Source of the DNA: a virus
Taxonomy: Duplodnaviria > Caudoviricetes
Direction: 5' to 3' (one strand)
IMG/VR virus record: IMGVR_UViG_3300043608_000005
Location: 1-43,039 of that record
DNA: 43,039 nucleotides
Below, piece after piece: positions 16,777 through 25,680 of the stretch (the first letter of the stretch is position 1; every line of letters starts with the position of its first letter). The position numbers were made by a program, and so were the translations under genes. The notes beneath the pieces were generated by a model that was not told the origin of the DNA, ran no database searches, and saw nothing but the letters and a program-made list of their open reading frames with translations.

Positions 16777-16779
16777 GGC

Positions 16780-17019
16780 TTACACCTCGCGTTGCTTGGC
16801 CGTCGGTCGATCGTCCACGCCGCCGTAGGCTTCCATGAAGATCTCTTGCGGCGAGACGATGTCGAAGTGTTTGGACAACTCGCTCTCGGGCAGCGAGTAG
16901 CGGCGTCCGCTCGGGTACTGCACCACGCACGTGAGCGGATGCGGTTCCCAAGCGAACACCGTTTCCACCAGGACCTCAGTCCCGGTCTCTCTCTCGATGA
17001 AACGAGCCCTCGAGCTCAT
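16780..17019 (-). CDS. hypothetical protein
   Basis: ATGA overlap, 79 aa. Confidence 0.55.
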   Translation of the reverse strand: MSSRARFIERETGTEVLVETVFAWEPHPLTCVVQYPSGRRYSLPESELSKHFDIVSPQEIFMEAYGGVDDRPTAKQREV

Positions 17020-17471
17020 GCGCTGATGCAGCCCATGCTGAGACCGCTAATCGCGATCGTGAGCGTGATGCCCGCGGCGTTGACTGCTTGCGGCACGGTG
17101 ATGGCTGCGCGCCCTATGTACGCCGCTTCCGTGACAGTCGCGAGCGTCGCGGTGTTCCAGATGCCAACGTGATTCAGCACAGTCGCGCCCGTGCTGAACG
17201 CCGCTGTCGACGTCCAGCTGATCGATGCCGAGTTGACTGCAAGGACCGAAGCATCGAGTGACGGCTGCGTGGGCGCAGTCCACGTGATCGCCTGCCGCGC
17301 GTAGCTGCCCGTGCTCGACGGCTCAGTACCACCGGCGGTGTTGCCAGACCCATCATCGAGCGGGTTTGTTGTGCACAATCCCGCGAACCACGCCGTGTAC
17401 GTGGCCGGCGAATTGTTGGTGAGCAGTTTCTGAAAATCCAACCGCACGCGGCGGCCGTAACCGGTTGCCAT
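17016..17471 (-). CDS. putative tail/fibre structural protein
   Basis: GLCTTNP.D...GTE....SYARQAITW...HVGIW resembles a common small phage fibre-associated family; AAGGAG RBS. Confidence 0.6.
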   Translation of the reverse strand: MATGYGRRVRLDFQKLLTNNSPATYTAWFAGLCTTNPLDDGSGNTAGGTEPSSTGSYARQAITWTAPTQPSLDASVLAVNSASISWTSTAAFSTGATVLNHVGIWNTATLATVTEAAYIGRAAITVPQAVNAAGITLTIAISGLSMGCISA

Positions 17472-17484
17472 TATCGTTATCTCC

Positions 17485-17898
17485 TTATTTCGTGCCGTAG
17501 ATGGCGCCGTACACGTCGCCGCTGCCAGTGAATGAGTACGCGTCGTAAACCTGGATAAACCGCGGAGACTTCTCCAACAGCACGAACGCGGAGCCGACCA
17601 GCTGATTGGCCAGCGTTACGACGTTGCCAGCGACGCTGCAGTCGCCAAACACGGCCGCGGGCGCCCACTGCATCGTTGGGTTGCTGTTTCGGTTGCTCGC
17701 CGTGAACGTGAGTGTGGAAGCCACGCCCGGGCCGCCGGACGCGTAAGACCACTCGAGATAGAACGTGAGGAATCGACAGCCGTGCGTGTCGTAGTACTTC
17801 GACGCAAGCTGCGTGATGACACTGCTGCCCGATAGCTGCGGGATCATTTCCGCGTAAACCGAGCCGTCAGACGACATTTCTGGAATCAGAGCAGCCAT
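17485..17898 (-). CDS. beta-rich virion protein
   Basis: GAGGTG RBS, 137 aa, late operon. Confidence 0.55.
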   Translation of the reverse strand: MAALIPEMSSDGSVYAEMIPQLSGSSVITQLASKYYDTHGCRFLTFYLEWSYASGGPGVASTLTFTASNRNSNPTMQWAPAAVFGDCSVAGNVVTLANQLVGSAFVLLEKSPRFIQVYDAYSFTGSGDVYGAIYGTK

Positions 17899-17962
17899 GT
17901 TTCACCTCGTTGAAAATCTCTGCGGACCTCACGGCCCCATCCGGTTGCCATTGCTCTTCTCC

Positions 17963-18157
17963 TCAGGCCTCGTCACGATCGACTTCGGCCGTTCCAGTCG
18001 TTTGAGTTGTGCCCACGGCTGCAACAGCGGCCGTTTTCGTCATCGCTGCGGAGCCGGTCACCTGCGTGGTGCCGCGCGCTTGAAAGTCCGGCTGCTCGGC
18101 GCGCGGATCTGGGTAGCGCGGTGCGCGTCGGGCGACCCTCGAGCTCCTGCGGTTCAT
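17963..18157 (-). CDS. small protein carrying ~1.5 copies of the fibre repeat
   Basis: GTTQVTGSAAMTKTAAVAAVGTTQTTGTA versus fibre GSTQVTGSAAMTKAAGLAATGATQATGSA; TGATG coupling. Confidence 0.55.
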   Translation of the reverse strand: MNRRSSRVARRAPRYPDPRAEQPDFQARGTTQVTGSAAMTKTAAVAAVGTTQTTGTAEVDRDEA

Positions 18158-19134
18158 CAGATCTCACCGAACGCCGCTTTGTACGCGGCGAGGTTGAGCG
18201 GCTTCGGAGTCAACGCGCTCGTTACAACCGAGTCGCTATTCCAGTAGCTCTGATAGATAACGCGCCCTGCGCTGCGTGGCCGACGCATCCACTCCGCCAT
18301 GGCTGTGATCCACGCGGCGCCGTCCGTGTAGTCGGTGCCCCACTCCGGATAGCCCTGCAGCTTGCCGTGCGTCTGCGCGAAGGCCTCTTGCCAGTAGAGG
18401 CCGGCCGTCTGGTTCAGCGACTCGGCGAAGCTGTTTAGGTGGAAGGCTGACTTGATGTAAACGTCGTTTCCGATGATGTCGACGTACTCGTCGCCGGGGT
18501 ACCACGCGTCAGGCACCGTGTGATCGGACAGTGGGCACCAGTCGATCAGCACGCCGGGCAGCTTCTCGCGGACGTACTTGGCAAAGTTCGCGAAGCTCGC
18601 GGCGTAGGTCGCGGCTGACTGGTTTGTCCCTCCGGAACCGCCGATCGACCACGGGTAGCCGTTGTTGGCGTTGAACTCCCATCCGATGCGGATGCTAAAG
18701 ATCCTCTCTTTCCACTGGATCAGATTGTCTACGGCGGCCTCGTAGTCGGAATCGTGCACGCCGCTCGCGCTGTCGTTCATGTCCCACCCGTAGCCGATGA
18801 GCGCGTGACTGAGGATGAGCTTGCGATCGCTCGGCCACTGCACATCGAACGGGAACGTGTTCGCGGTGATGTCGGGATTGTTCGAGTCGGTGAACGCGGT
18901 GATCAGCTTGATCGGCCGGTTCAGCTGCAGCTCGAACTGCGAGATCGAATCCTGCTCCGCGTACGCGCCGAGCACAGGGTTCGTGCCGAAGTACTGAGCG
19001 TCTACCAGAGGCGACGCGCCGGGTGTCATGCGACCGATCGCCATGTCGCGGTCTTCGAGCACAGCAGTGGGCAATGCGAACGCGTTGGCGCCCGCCGGTG
19101 AGTTCCACGTTCCGCGTATGCCCTTGCGATGCAT
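18157..19134 (-). CDS. glycoside hydrolase family 26 (beta-mannanase-like) protein
   Basis: IRIGWEFN (acid/base Glu), WYPGDEYVDIIGNDVY, PEWG (nucleophile Glu). Confidence 0.85.
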   Translation of the reverse strand: MHRKGIRGTWNSPAGANAFALPTAVLEDRDMAIGRMTPGASPLVDAQYFGTNPVLGAYAEQDSISQFELQLNRPIKLITAFTDSNNPDITANTFPFDVQWPSDRKLILSHALIGYGWDMNDSASGVHDSDYEAAVDNLIQWKERIFSIRIGWEFNANNGYPWSIGGSGGTNQSAATYAASFANFAKYVREKLPGVLIDWCPLSDHTVPDAWYPGDEYVDIIGNDVYIKSAFHLNSFAESLNQTAGLYWQEAFAQTHGKLQGYPEWGTDYTDGAAWITAMAEWMRRPRSAGRVIYQSYWNSDSVVTSALTPKPLNLAAYKAAFGEI

Positions 19135-19520
19135 CAGAGGCAGCTTCGGTAGCAGGAGGCGATCGCGGTCACGGGGCCGCCGAACTTCGCGCGGTCGATG
19201 CCGGACTCGCAGTAGAAATCCTGCGTGGCTCCGGGAAGAATGACGAAGTCCTCAGCGGTCTCCGCGTTGCCCAAGGTGCCCTCACTCGAGCGCCCGAAGA
19301 CGACGCAGAGAAGATCCGTCTCGACCAGCGAGATATTGGTGATGGTCACCCAGCACGCCGGAAAACCGGCCCCTGCGCCGGGTATCTGCCACTCACGCGA
19401 GCCGTCTACGGCGGCGGCCAGGCGGAACGCGCGGTTGATGTAGCTTGCGTTTCCGCTCGCAGTGTCTGCTGCGGCAGGGGCGATGCGGTTGACTGCTTGT
19501 GCGTTTGCGCCTCGTGACAT
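19134..19520 (-). CDS. hypothetical virion protein
   Basis: AGGAG RBS, TGATG coupling. Confidence 0.6.
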   Translation of the reverse strand: MSRGANAQAVNRIAPAAADTASGNASYINRAFRLAAAVDGSREWQIPGAGAGFPACWVTITNISLVETDLLCVVFGRSSEGTLGNAETAEDFVILPGATQDFYCESGIDRAKFGGPVTAIASCYRSCL

Positions 19521-19528
19521 GGTGGCTC

Positions 19529-21349
19529 CTATCGGGCCTTCAGCTTCGGAAGGATGTTTTTTCGGAAGTCCGGGTCCGTCATGATCAGCTTGTTGATCAG
19601 GGCGGTGACTGCGTCACGCTGCGGAGATGCAGCCGCTTCGGCGAACTTGCTCGAGTAGGCTCCGAGCTCGCGCGGGTTTGACTGCAGCAGCGTCAGCGCT
19701 TCGTCGGTGGTGTTGTTCCCGTGCGCTTCGACCAGTTCCGAACCAGCCTGGCCGCCCATCACGCCAGCCGGGAACTCGCGCGCACCCTGCGCAGCGTCGC
19801 CCATCATCGCGGAGGCAAACTTCGCCGGAGCAGGATTGCGCAACATGTCGCCCGCCATGCGTGCGGGCGTTGCGAACAGGCCCGGCTCGCGCGCTGCCGC
19901 GCGGTCTACGCCACCGCTCGCGATGTCGCCCATCTCGATCGCGACCTGCTCGTCGCGCCCATACTGCCGCCACTTGTCGCCCGCGCCGGGATTCTGCAGC
20001 GAGAGCGCGTCGCCGAGCTCCTCGTTGTAGCCGCGGTAGATGTCCTTGCGGATGTTCGCCTCGGGCGTCCCGCTAGCAAAGTTCGTCTTGTCGCCGTAGT
20101 ACTGACGCTGCTTGTTGACGTCGCCCCACGGCGCCGCGCCGGTCTGGTGGCTGAGCGGGAGCACCTCCGGCGTGCCGTAGTCGGTCGAAGCGAGGATGCC
20201 GGGGGCGCCGGCCTCGCGCGCAGCCTGCAGCCGATGGCGGCCGTCCCACAGCGTCTGTTTGATGCCTTTGTCCGCGAGCTCGGGGCTGGGCGTGCCGAGT
20301 TGGATCGGATCGAACGGCTGACCCTGATTGGTCGGCACGCGGCCCGCAGCGATGTCTGCCGTCTGTCCGGGGGCCGATGCGTACGCCTCGCGGAACGGCG
20401 CCATGTCGCGCATGCCGTCGCGGATCATCCACGTCTCCTCGTCGCGCAGTCCCGGAGACATGCCCAAGCTCTCTGCGTCGCGCCCAGCGCGGTTTGCCGC
20501 GTTGCGGACGGGCGTGATTCCGGGGTAGCGGTCAGCGGCGCCGCGCACGGTGGCACCCAGCGCTCGAGCGTCCACGTCGGGCGGGTTGGGGCCGACCAGC
20601 GCGACGCGCTCCTGATCCAAGTACGGGGTGAGCTCCTCCGATCGGCTGAGCACGCGGCCCGGCCTGCCGGTGAGGCCCATGCGCTCCGCGTTCTCGGCGA
20701 AGTACTCCCGGCCGCCGAGCTTATCCAGCTCGCGGAGGTTTTCGGTGGTCGCGCCAGATCGGCGCAAGCCCATGTTCATGGCCCCGCGCTTGAGCGCGTC
20801 CGCGCCCTTCTGCAGCACGGACGCGACTGCGCCCGCCACGAGCTCGCCGCCCTTGCCCAGCGCGCCGCCGGCTACCGCGCCCTTGCCCTTCTCGATGATG
20901 TCGCCCTCGGTGTTGGCGAAGCCGGACAGCGCGCCGCCCGCGATCGCGCCCATGCCGGTAGCCGCCTGCGACAGCACCTCGCCGCCGATGCCGCCGACGG
21001 TCGATGCCATCGGCGAGCGCTCCTGGCCCATCAGCTGCCGCGCCGCGATCTCATCGTTCCAGCCGCTGGGGTTGAGCCCCAGGCCCGTAAACATGCCGTG
21101 GGCGCCGCTGTAGGCTGCGTCGGAGGCTCCCTTGGCTCCGCCGCGCAACCACTCGTACCCTTCGTCGGAGATGTTCTCGAGCCCCGAGGGGCGGCTCATC
21201 TGCGCGTTCTCGAGCGGGAGCGTCTCCGGCCCGGTCCACGGTCGGAAGCCGTCATCGTCGCCGCCGCTCAGAGCGTCATCGAAGCGGCGCGGCTGCTGGT
21301 CGTCCTCGAGTAGGGCCGCGTCGAAGCGACGTTTCTTCCCGCCGCTCAC
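19529..21349 (-). CDS. internal virion (ejection) protein with ParB/Srx-like insert
   Basis: Gly/Ala-rich amphipathic segments; PIQL...LWDGRHRLQAAREAG motif. Confidence 0.6.
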   Translation of the reverse strand: MSGGKKRRFDAALLEDDQQPRRFDDALSGGDDDGFRPWTGPETLPLENAQMSRPSGLENISDEGYEWLRGGAKGASDAAYSGAHGMFTGLGLNPSGWNDEIAARQLMGQERSPMASTVGGIGGEVLSQAATGMGAIAGGALSGFANTEGDIIEKGKGAVAGGALGKGGELVAGAVASVLQKGADALKRGAMNMGLRRSGATTENLRELDKLGGREYFAENAERMGLTGRPGRVLSRSEELTPYLDQERVALVGPNPPDVDARALGATVRGAADRYPGITPVRNAANRAGRDAESLGMSPGLRDEETWMIRDGMRDMAPFREAYASAPGQTADIAAGRVPTNQGQPFDPIQLGTPSPELADKGIKQTLWDGRHRLQAAREAGAPGILASTDYGTPEVLPLSHQTGAAPWGDVNKQRQYYGDKTNFASGTPEANIRKDIYRGYNEELGDALSLQNPGAGDKWRQYGRDEQVAIEMGDIASGGVDRAAAREPGLFATPARMAGDMLRNPAPAKFASAMMGDAAQGAREFPAGVMGGQAGSELVEAHGNNTTDEALTLLQSNPRELGAYSSKFAEAAASPQRDAVTALINKLIMTDPDFRKNILPKLKAR

Positions 21350-23226
21350 TGGACCAGCCCCTTGCGCATCAAGCGCTGGATCTCGTCCTCGGTGTACGTC
21401 TCGCCGTCGATGTCGTAGGCGCCGTCAGGCCGCTGGATGGCGCGCGGCTTGCCCTCGCCCGCCCGCGGGTCCGGTGGCGCGCCTTGAACCACGTCCTTCA
21501 CGAGCGGGACCTGGCCGCGGCGTTGATTCGTCACCGGAAGCCGCTCGTGTCCGCCGGTACCTGTCCCACCGCCGCCGCCAGCTGCATCCTGGCGACCGAA
21601 CTTGGCCTCGACGAAGGCGTTCTTGCGTTGCTGCAGCGCCGATAGCCGGCCATCGAGCGTCGCTTTTTGGTTCGTGAAAAACGCCTCCACCGCCTCGATC
21701 GGATGCTTCGCAGCTTCCTCCAAGGTCATGGGCGAGCCGATCTTGCCCTGGAAGCGCTTATCTTCGTAGACCTGCGGTGCGCCGCGGTCTTGGGCCTTGA
21801 AGTACTCGGCTTGATAGGCGCCTTCGAGCTCGTCCCACTGACCGATGAGATTCGAAAACTCCGGGTTGTTCTTCGTGTGCTGCGTGTTCGGAAACTGGTT
21901 GATGGCTTCGCGAACCTTGACCATCTGCACCGTCAGATTCTCGAGCTTGGACATGTCCGTGACGGTGTTGACCACCCGCTGCGCCTCGTCGGGATTGCGC
22001 TGCGCGAGCTGCGTGAACTTGCCGGTGGTGTCGCGGATGCCCTGGGGCAGCAGCGGTGCGCCGCCGCTGTCGATCGCCGGGTTCTTGAGGTCCTTCTCCT
22101 CGCCAGCCGTGATCATGCGCTCTGGGCGCGCGCGCGCTTCGATCTCTGCAGCTTTGTCGCCTGCGTCGGCAGCCGTGCGCGGCGCCAGCTCGTGCTCGGT
22201 GTCGAGCTGCGCGCGCGTGCGCGCCTCCTCCTCGAGGGGAGCGTAAGCGAGGCCCTGCGCCCGGCCCGCCAGCGGCATCACCTGGCCTTGCTGCTTGGTG
22301 CTGAGCCCAGATTGGTCCACGCCGGTGAGCGCCTTCACGTGGCCTGCAGCCGCCGCCGCTGCTGGGTTATCCGGGTTCAGGTCGTAGTCCTGGCGCTGGG
22401 CGAGTCGTGCGTTCGCCGCGCGGCGCTCGGCGAGCCCAGCCCAGCCCAGCGCCTGATCGCCGCGCCGCAGTCCGTCGTCCGATTCGTACTGACGCTGACG
22501 GCGCACCGCGAGCGCGTTCTCGCTGGCCTGTTGCTTCTTGCGATCGCGGCGGGTGTTCTCCGAGCTGATCGCCTGCATCCCGCCGGCAGCCACGTTGCCG
22601 ACGCCCCTGCCCTTGTTGAATGCGATGTCGAGCCCGAGGCCTGCCGCCAGCGGGATGAAGTCGCGGAGGCCTTCGCCGATCCCGTACTCCTCTTCCTGGA
22701 ACGAACTGTCATCAAGCGCCTGGTTCTCTGCGTCCGCCCAGCGCTGATCGATCTCGCCGAGTCCGCGCGGCCGCGCCTGCTCGAGCCCGAACTGCTCCGC
22801 CTCCATCGACACGGGTGGGCGCGCCGCCGTCGACTGGTAGGCGCCAGCGCTGACCGGCGCCTGCGTTCTGGCGAACTGCTCCGGTTGGAGGCCTTCAGCC
22901 TCCGCGAGGGAGATCTCCATGTCCGGCTCGAAAGCGGGGTTTGGCGCCGTGTCGGTCTCGATCTCGCTGAACTCCATGTCTGGGGCGCGCTCGGCTTCGT
23001 CGATGCCGAACGTCATGTCTGGGGCCTGCTCGGCCTCGAACGTGCCGATGGTCATGTCCGGCCGTCGACGCATCCAATCGGGGTTTCGGTTCGCCTGCTG
23101 CTCGATGAATGCGTCCGGCGAGCCCATACCGAACGTCATCAACTCGTCGGCGCGTCGACGCTCATCCAGCTCGTCTTCGTCGAGCATGCCGAGCCCGCGG
23201 GGCCTACCGTATTGTCCGAAGCTCAT
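21346..23226 (-). CDS. internal virion (ejection) protein
   Basis: Helical protein with acidic N-terminal PDMxxxxxEAE repeats; position typical of podovirus core proteins; ATG 23226 (ATGA overlap). Confidence 0.6.
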   Translation of the reverse strand: MSFGQYGRPRGLGMLDEDELDERRRADELMTFGMGSPDAFIEQQANRNPDWMRRRPDMTIGTFEAEQAPDMTFGIDEAERAPDMEFSEIETDTAPNPAFEPDMEISLAEAEGLQPEQFARTQAPVSAGAYQSTAARPPVSMEAEQFGLEQARPRGLGEIDQRWADAENQALDDSSFQEEEYGIGEGLRDFIPLAAGLGLDIAFNKGRGVGNVAAGGMQAISSENTRRDRKKQQASENALAVRRQRQYESDDGLRRGDQALGWAGLAERRAANARLAQRQDYDLNPDNPAAAAAAGHVKALTGVDQSGLSTKQQGQVMPLAGRAQGLAYAPLEEEARTRAQLDTEHELAPRTAADAGDKAAEIEARARPERMITAGEEKDLKNPAIDSGGAPLLPQGIRDTTGKFTQLAQRNPDEAQRVVNTVTDMSKLENLTVQMVKVREAINQFPNTQHTKNNPEFSNLIGQWDELEGAYQAEYFKAQDRGAPQVYEDKRFQGKIGSPMTLEEAAKHPIEAVEAFFTNQKATLDGRLSALQQRKNAFVEAKFGRQDAAGGGGGTGTGGHERLPVTNQRRGQVPLVKDVVQGAPPDPRAGEGKPRAIQRPDGAYDIDGETYTEDEIQRLMRKGLVQ

Positions 23227-25307
23227 AGGCCCACTCCCTGCCGTTCTTCTTCGAGCGCCCACTGGCCCGTGCTGATTCCCAGCGCACGAGCGAGCTCATC
23301 GCTGTTGGACTGCCGGATTTTCACGCCCGCGTCTCCACCGGTGACCGCGCGCCCCACGCGCCGATCACCAGCGCCGGTGACCGCGTCGAAGTAGTCTTTG
23401 TTCATCTCGTAGCCGCTATCGGCCGCTTCCCAGTCGAGCGCGTTCGGGTCCTGTTGGCGCCCATAACCCGTGTCGATCGCCTTCACGCCGCGGTCGAACA
23501 CGTCGGTCTGTCGGCCACCCTCTTGCCTTGTCTGCGCCAGTCCGATGTCAGCGGTCTGGCCGGCGAGTCGCCCGACACGATCGCGTTCGCCTGCGGCGTA
23601 TGTGTCCTCGAACTGACGCTGACCGTCGTTCGCCGAGCGGATCGCGTTGGACTGCACCGCCTGCAGCTGCGCGCCGCCCATGCGCGTGGCTTGGTTGTTG
23701 GCCTTCGCGGTGTTCTGTTCGCCAACGTTGAAGGTGCCAACGTAGTCGTTCGCGCTGCGGATCGCGTTGCTCTGCGTCGCTGCGCCTTGGATACCAGACA
23801 AGCGCGTCTGCTGATTGTTCGCGCGCGCCACATTCGTCTCGCCCGTGTTGAACATGCCAACCGCGTCCGAGGCGTTGCGCATGTTCGTCGCCTGATTGGC
23901 CGAGTGCACCGTGCCGGTGAGTCGCGTTGCTTGGTTCGCCGCACTCGCGTTGTCTGCGCCGATGCCGCGCTTGTAGGCCTCATCGAACGACGCATTGCGC
24001 ATGTCGGTGGTGAGGCCGGCCTGCATGTTCAGCGCGTTCTGGTCGCCCTGGCGAATGCTGTTTTCCGCCGTGCCCCAGCCGCCCAGCGCCTCCATGCTGC
24101 GGTCTACCGCCTGCGCCTGGATGCCGAGCTCTTTCAGTAGGCGATCCTGCGAGAGCTGCTGCTGCGCGGCCTGTTGGCCCGCGATCTGCTGGCCGCCCGA
24201 GCGCAGGCCGCGCATCGCGAGGTTGCTCGAGACCGCATCACGCGAGCTCTTGTCGGCAGACTCGAACTCGCGGCGAGCGAGCTCGGAAAGAAACCGCTCT
24301 TTCGCGGTCACCTCCGGGTCGGACAGTGACTTGAACTTGTCGCGGACTTCCTTCTGTCCGGCCGAACCTGATTTCAGATCCGTGCGGATGTCGGTCAGCG
24401 CTTGCTTCTGGTTCTCGAGGTCTTCCGGGCTGGCGTACGCCTGCGCGGCCTGCGACTTCCAATCGAGATTGCCCTGGCCGATGCCACGCAGGTCGTTGTA
24501 ACCCTGCAGCTGGCGCGCAACGTCCGCTTGGTTCGACTGCCACTGCGCGGCCTGGTAGTCGAGTGAGCCTGCCCCGACGCCCTGCAGCTGGTTGTACGAC
24601 GCGAGCTGCCTCTGCACGTCAGCAGGGTTGCTCGCATACTGCGAGGCCGTGTAGTCGAGCCCTCCGCCTGCGATGTTCTGCGCCAGACCGTACGAATCGA
24701 CCTGCCGCTGAATGTCCGCCGGGTTGCTGCCGCGCGCCTGCAGCTGCGTCATGAGCGGATTCACCGAGCTTCGGTAATCCGCCATCGTCTGCTGATCGCG
24801 CGCGTTGAGCCCGCCCTGACCCTGCGCGTAGCCGCCCCACAGCGCAGCTGTCGACGCGTTCGCAGCGTCGCCCTGCGAGCGCACGCGGCTCGCGATGTCA
24901 GTCTGCGCAAGCCTGCGCTGCTCCCCGCCGGCCGTGAGGCTACCAATCGCGTTGCGGTCGATGTCGTTAGCGAGACTGATCTCGCCCTGGATGTTCCCCA
25001 GCGCACGCGTGTTCTCGGCTGCGTCTTGCTGCGCGCGCACGCCGATCTGGCTGGCTGCGCCTGCGCGCATGACGCTGCCCGCCGAACTCGTACGCGAGCC
25101 GGGCAGCGGCTGCGTCTTGATCTCGTTGTTCAGCCGCTCGGTGTATTCGCCGCGGAACTGGGCCGGTAGCTGCTGGACGACCTTGCCCCACTCAGCCTGA
25201 AACACCTTGCGCTGCTCAGCGGTCATATTGCCGACCGCAATCGGCTTGCCGAATAGCTGCGTCGACAGCTGCTGCTGAAGCCCTAGGTAGAGGTCGCCGT
25301 CAGCCAT
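23223..25307 (-). CDS. internal virion (ejection/DNA transfer) protein
   Basis: Gln/Ala/Asn-rich, NLAMRGLRSGG motif, 32-aa and 40-aa internal repeats. Confidence 0.65.
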   Translation of the reverse strand: MADGDLYLGLQQQLSTQLFGKPIAVGNMTAEQRKVFQAEWGKVVQQLPAQFRGEYTERLNNEIKTQPLPGSRTSSAGSVMRAGAASQIGVRAQQDAAENTRALGNIQGEISLANDIDRNAIGSLTAGGEQRRLAQTDIASRVRSQGDAANASTAALWGGYAQGQGGLNARDQQTMADYRSSVNPLMTQLQARGSNPADIQRQVDSYGLAQNIAGGGLDYTASQYASNPADVQRQLASYNQLQGVGAGSLDYQAAQWQSNQADVARQLQGYNDLRGIGQGNLDWKSQAAQAYASPEDLENQKQALTDIRTDLKSGSAGQKEVRDKFKSLSDPEVTAKERFLSELARREFESADKSSRDAVSSNLAMRGLRSGGQQIAGQQAAQQQLSQDRLLKELGIQAQAVDRSMEALGGWGTAENSIRQGDQNALNMQAGLTTDMRNASFDEAYKRGIGADNASAANQATRLTGTVHSANQATNMRNASDAVGMFNTGETNVARANNQQTRLSGIQGAATQSNAIRSANDYVGTFNVGEQNTAKANNQATRMGGAQLQAVQSNAIRSANDGQRQFEDTYAAGERDRVGRLAGQTADIGLAQTRQEGGRQTDVFDRGVKAIDTGYGRQQDPNALDWEAADSGYEMNKDYFDAVTGAGDRRVGRAVTGGDAGVKIRQSNSDELARALGISTGQWALEEERQGVGL

Positions 25308-25680
25308 TGAACCCTCCGACCGGCGCGTAGGTGAGCCTGATCGTGAAGCGGTATTTTCTGCCGCCGTTAGAGGCGACGCTCATGCCGTCGACAGAGCCAA
25401 TATTCGCGCCGCCCTTGTCCGGCAGCCAGACGAAGTGACACAGCCCACCAGCGGGGATTGATCGCTCCTGGTTCTGCAGGTCGATGACGCGAATGACCTC
25501 GATCGCGTCCGGCTGACGCGAGAGGTTGCCGAGCACCATCGGCTCGGAGTACGCCATCTCGGTCTTACGCATCGCGGTGATCGGGATGACATCCAGACCC
25601 TTCTGCGCGTCGCGGAACTGCTCCCCAAGCGTTACATTCTTGGCGAGTTGGTTCCGAATGCGTGGCTGGTTTCCTCTCAT
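25300..25680 (-). CDS. hypothetical tail-associated protein
   Basis: ATG 25680 overlaps the tubular B stop; the longer 26154 start is rejected. Confidence 0.6.
   Translation of the reverse strand: MRGNQPRIRNQLAKNVTLGEQFRDAQKGLDVIPITAMRKTEMAYSEPMVLGNLSRQPDAIEVIRVIDLQNQERSIPAGGLCHFVWLPDKGGANIGSVDGMSVASNGGRKYRFTIRLTYAPVGGFNG

Noticed and set aside
19100-19117. Second parS site (GTTCCACGT)
   Set aside because: Half-site only, inside coding sequence; the other arm does not match
21667-23394. Long plus-strand ORFs across the late region (e.g. 19721-21313, 21667-23394, 35039-36145, 38147-39580)
   Set aside because: Antisense frames left open by high GC3 codon bias opposite the real genes
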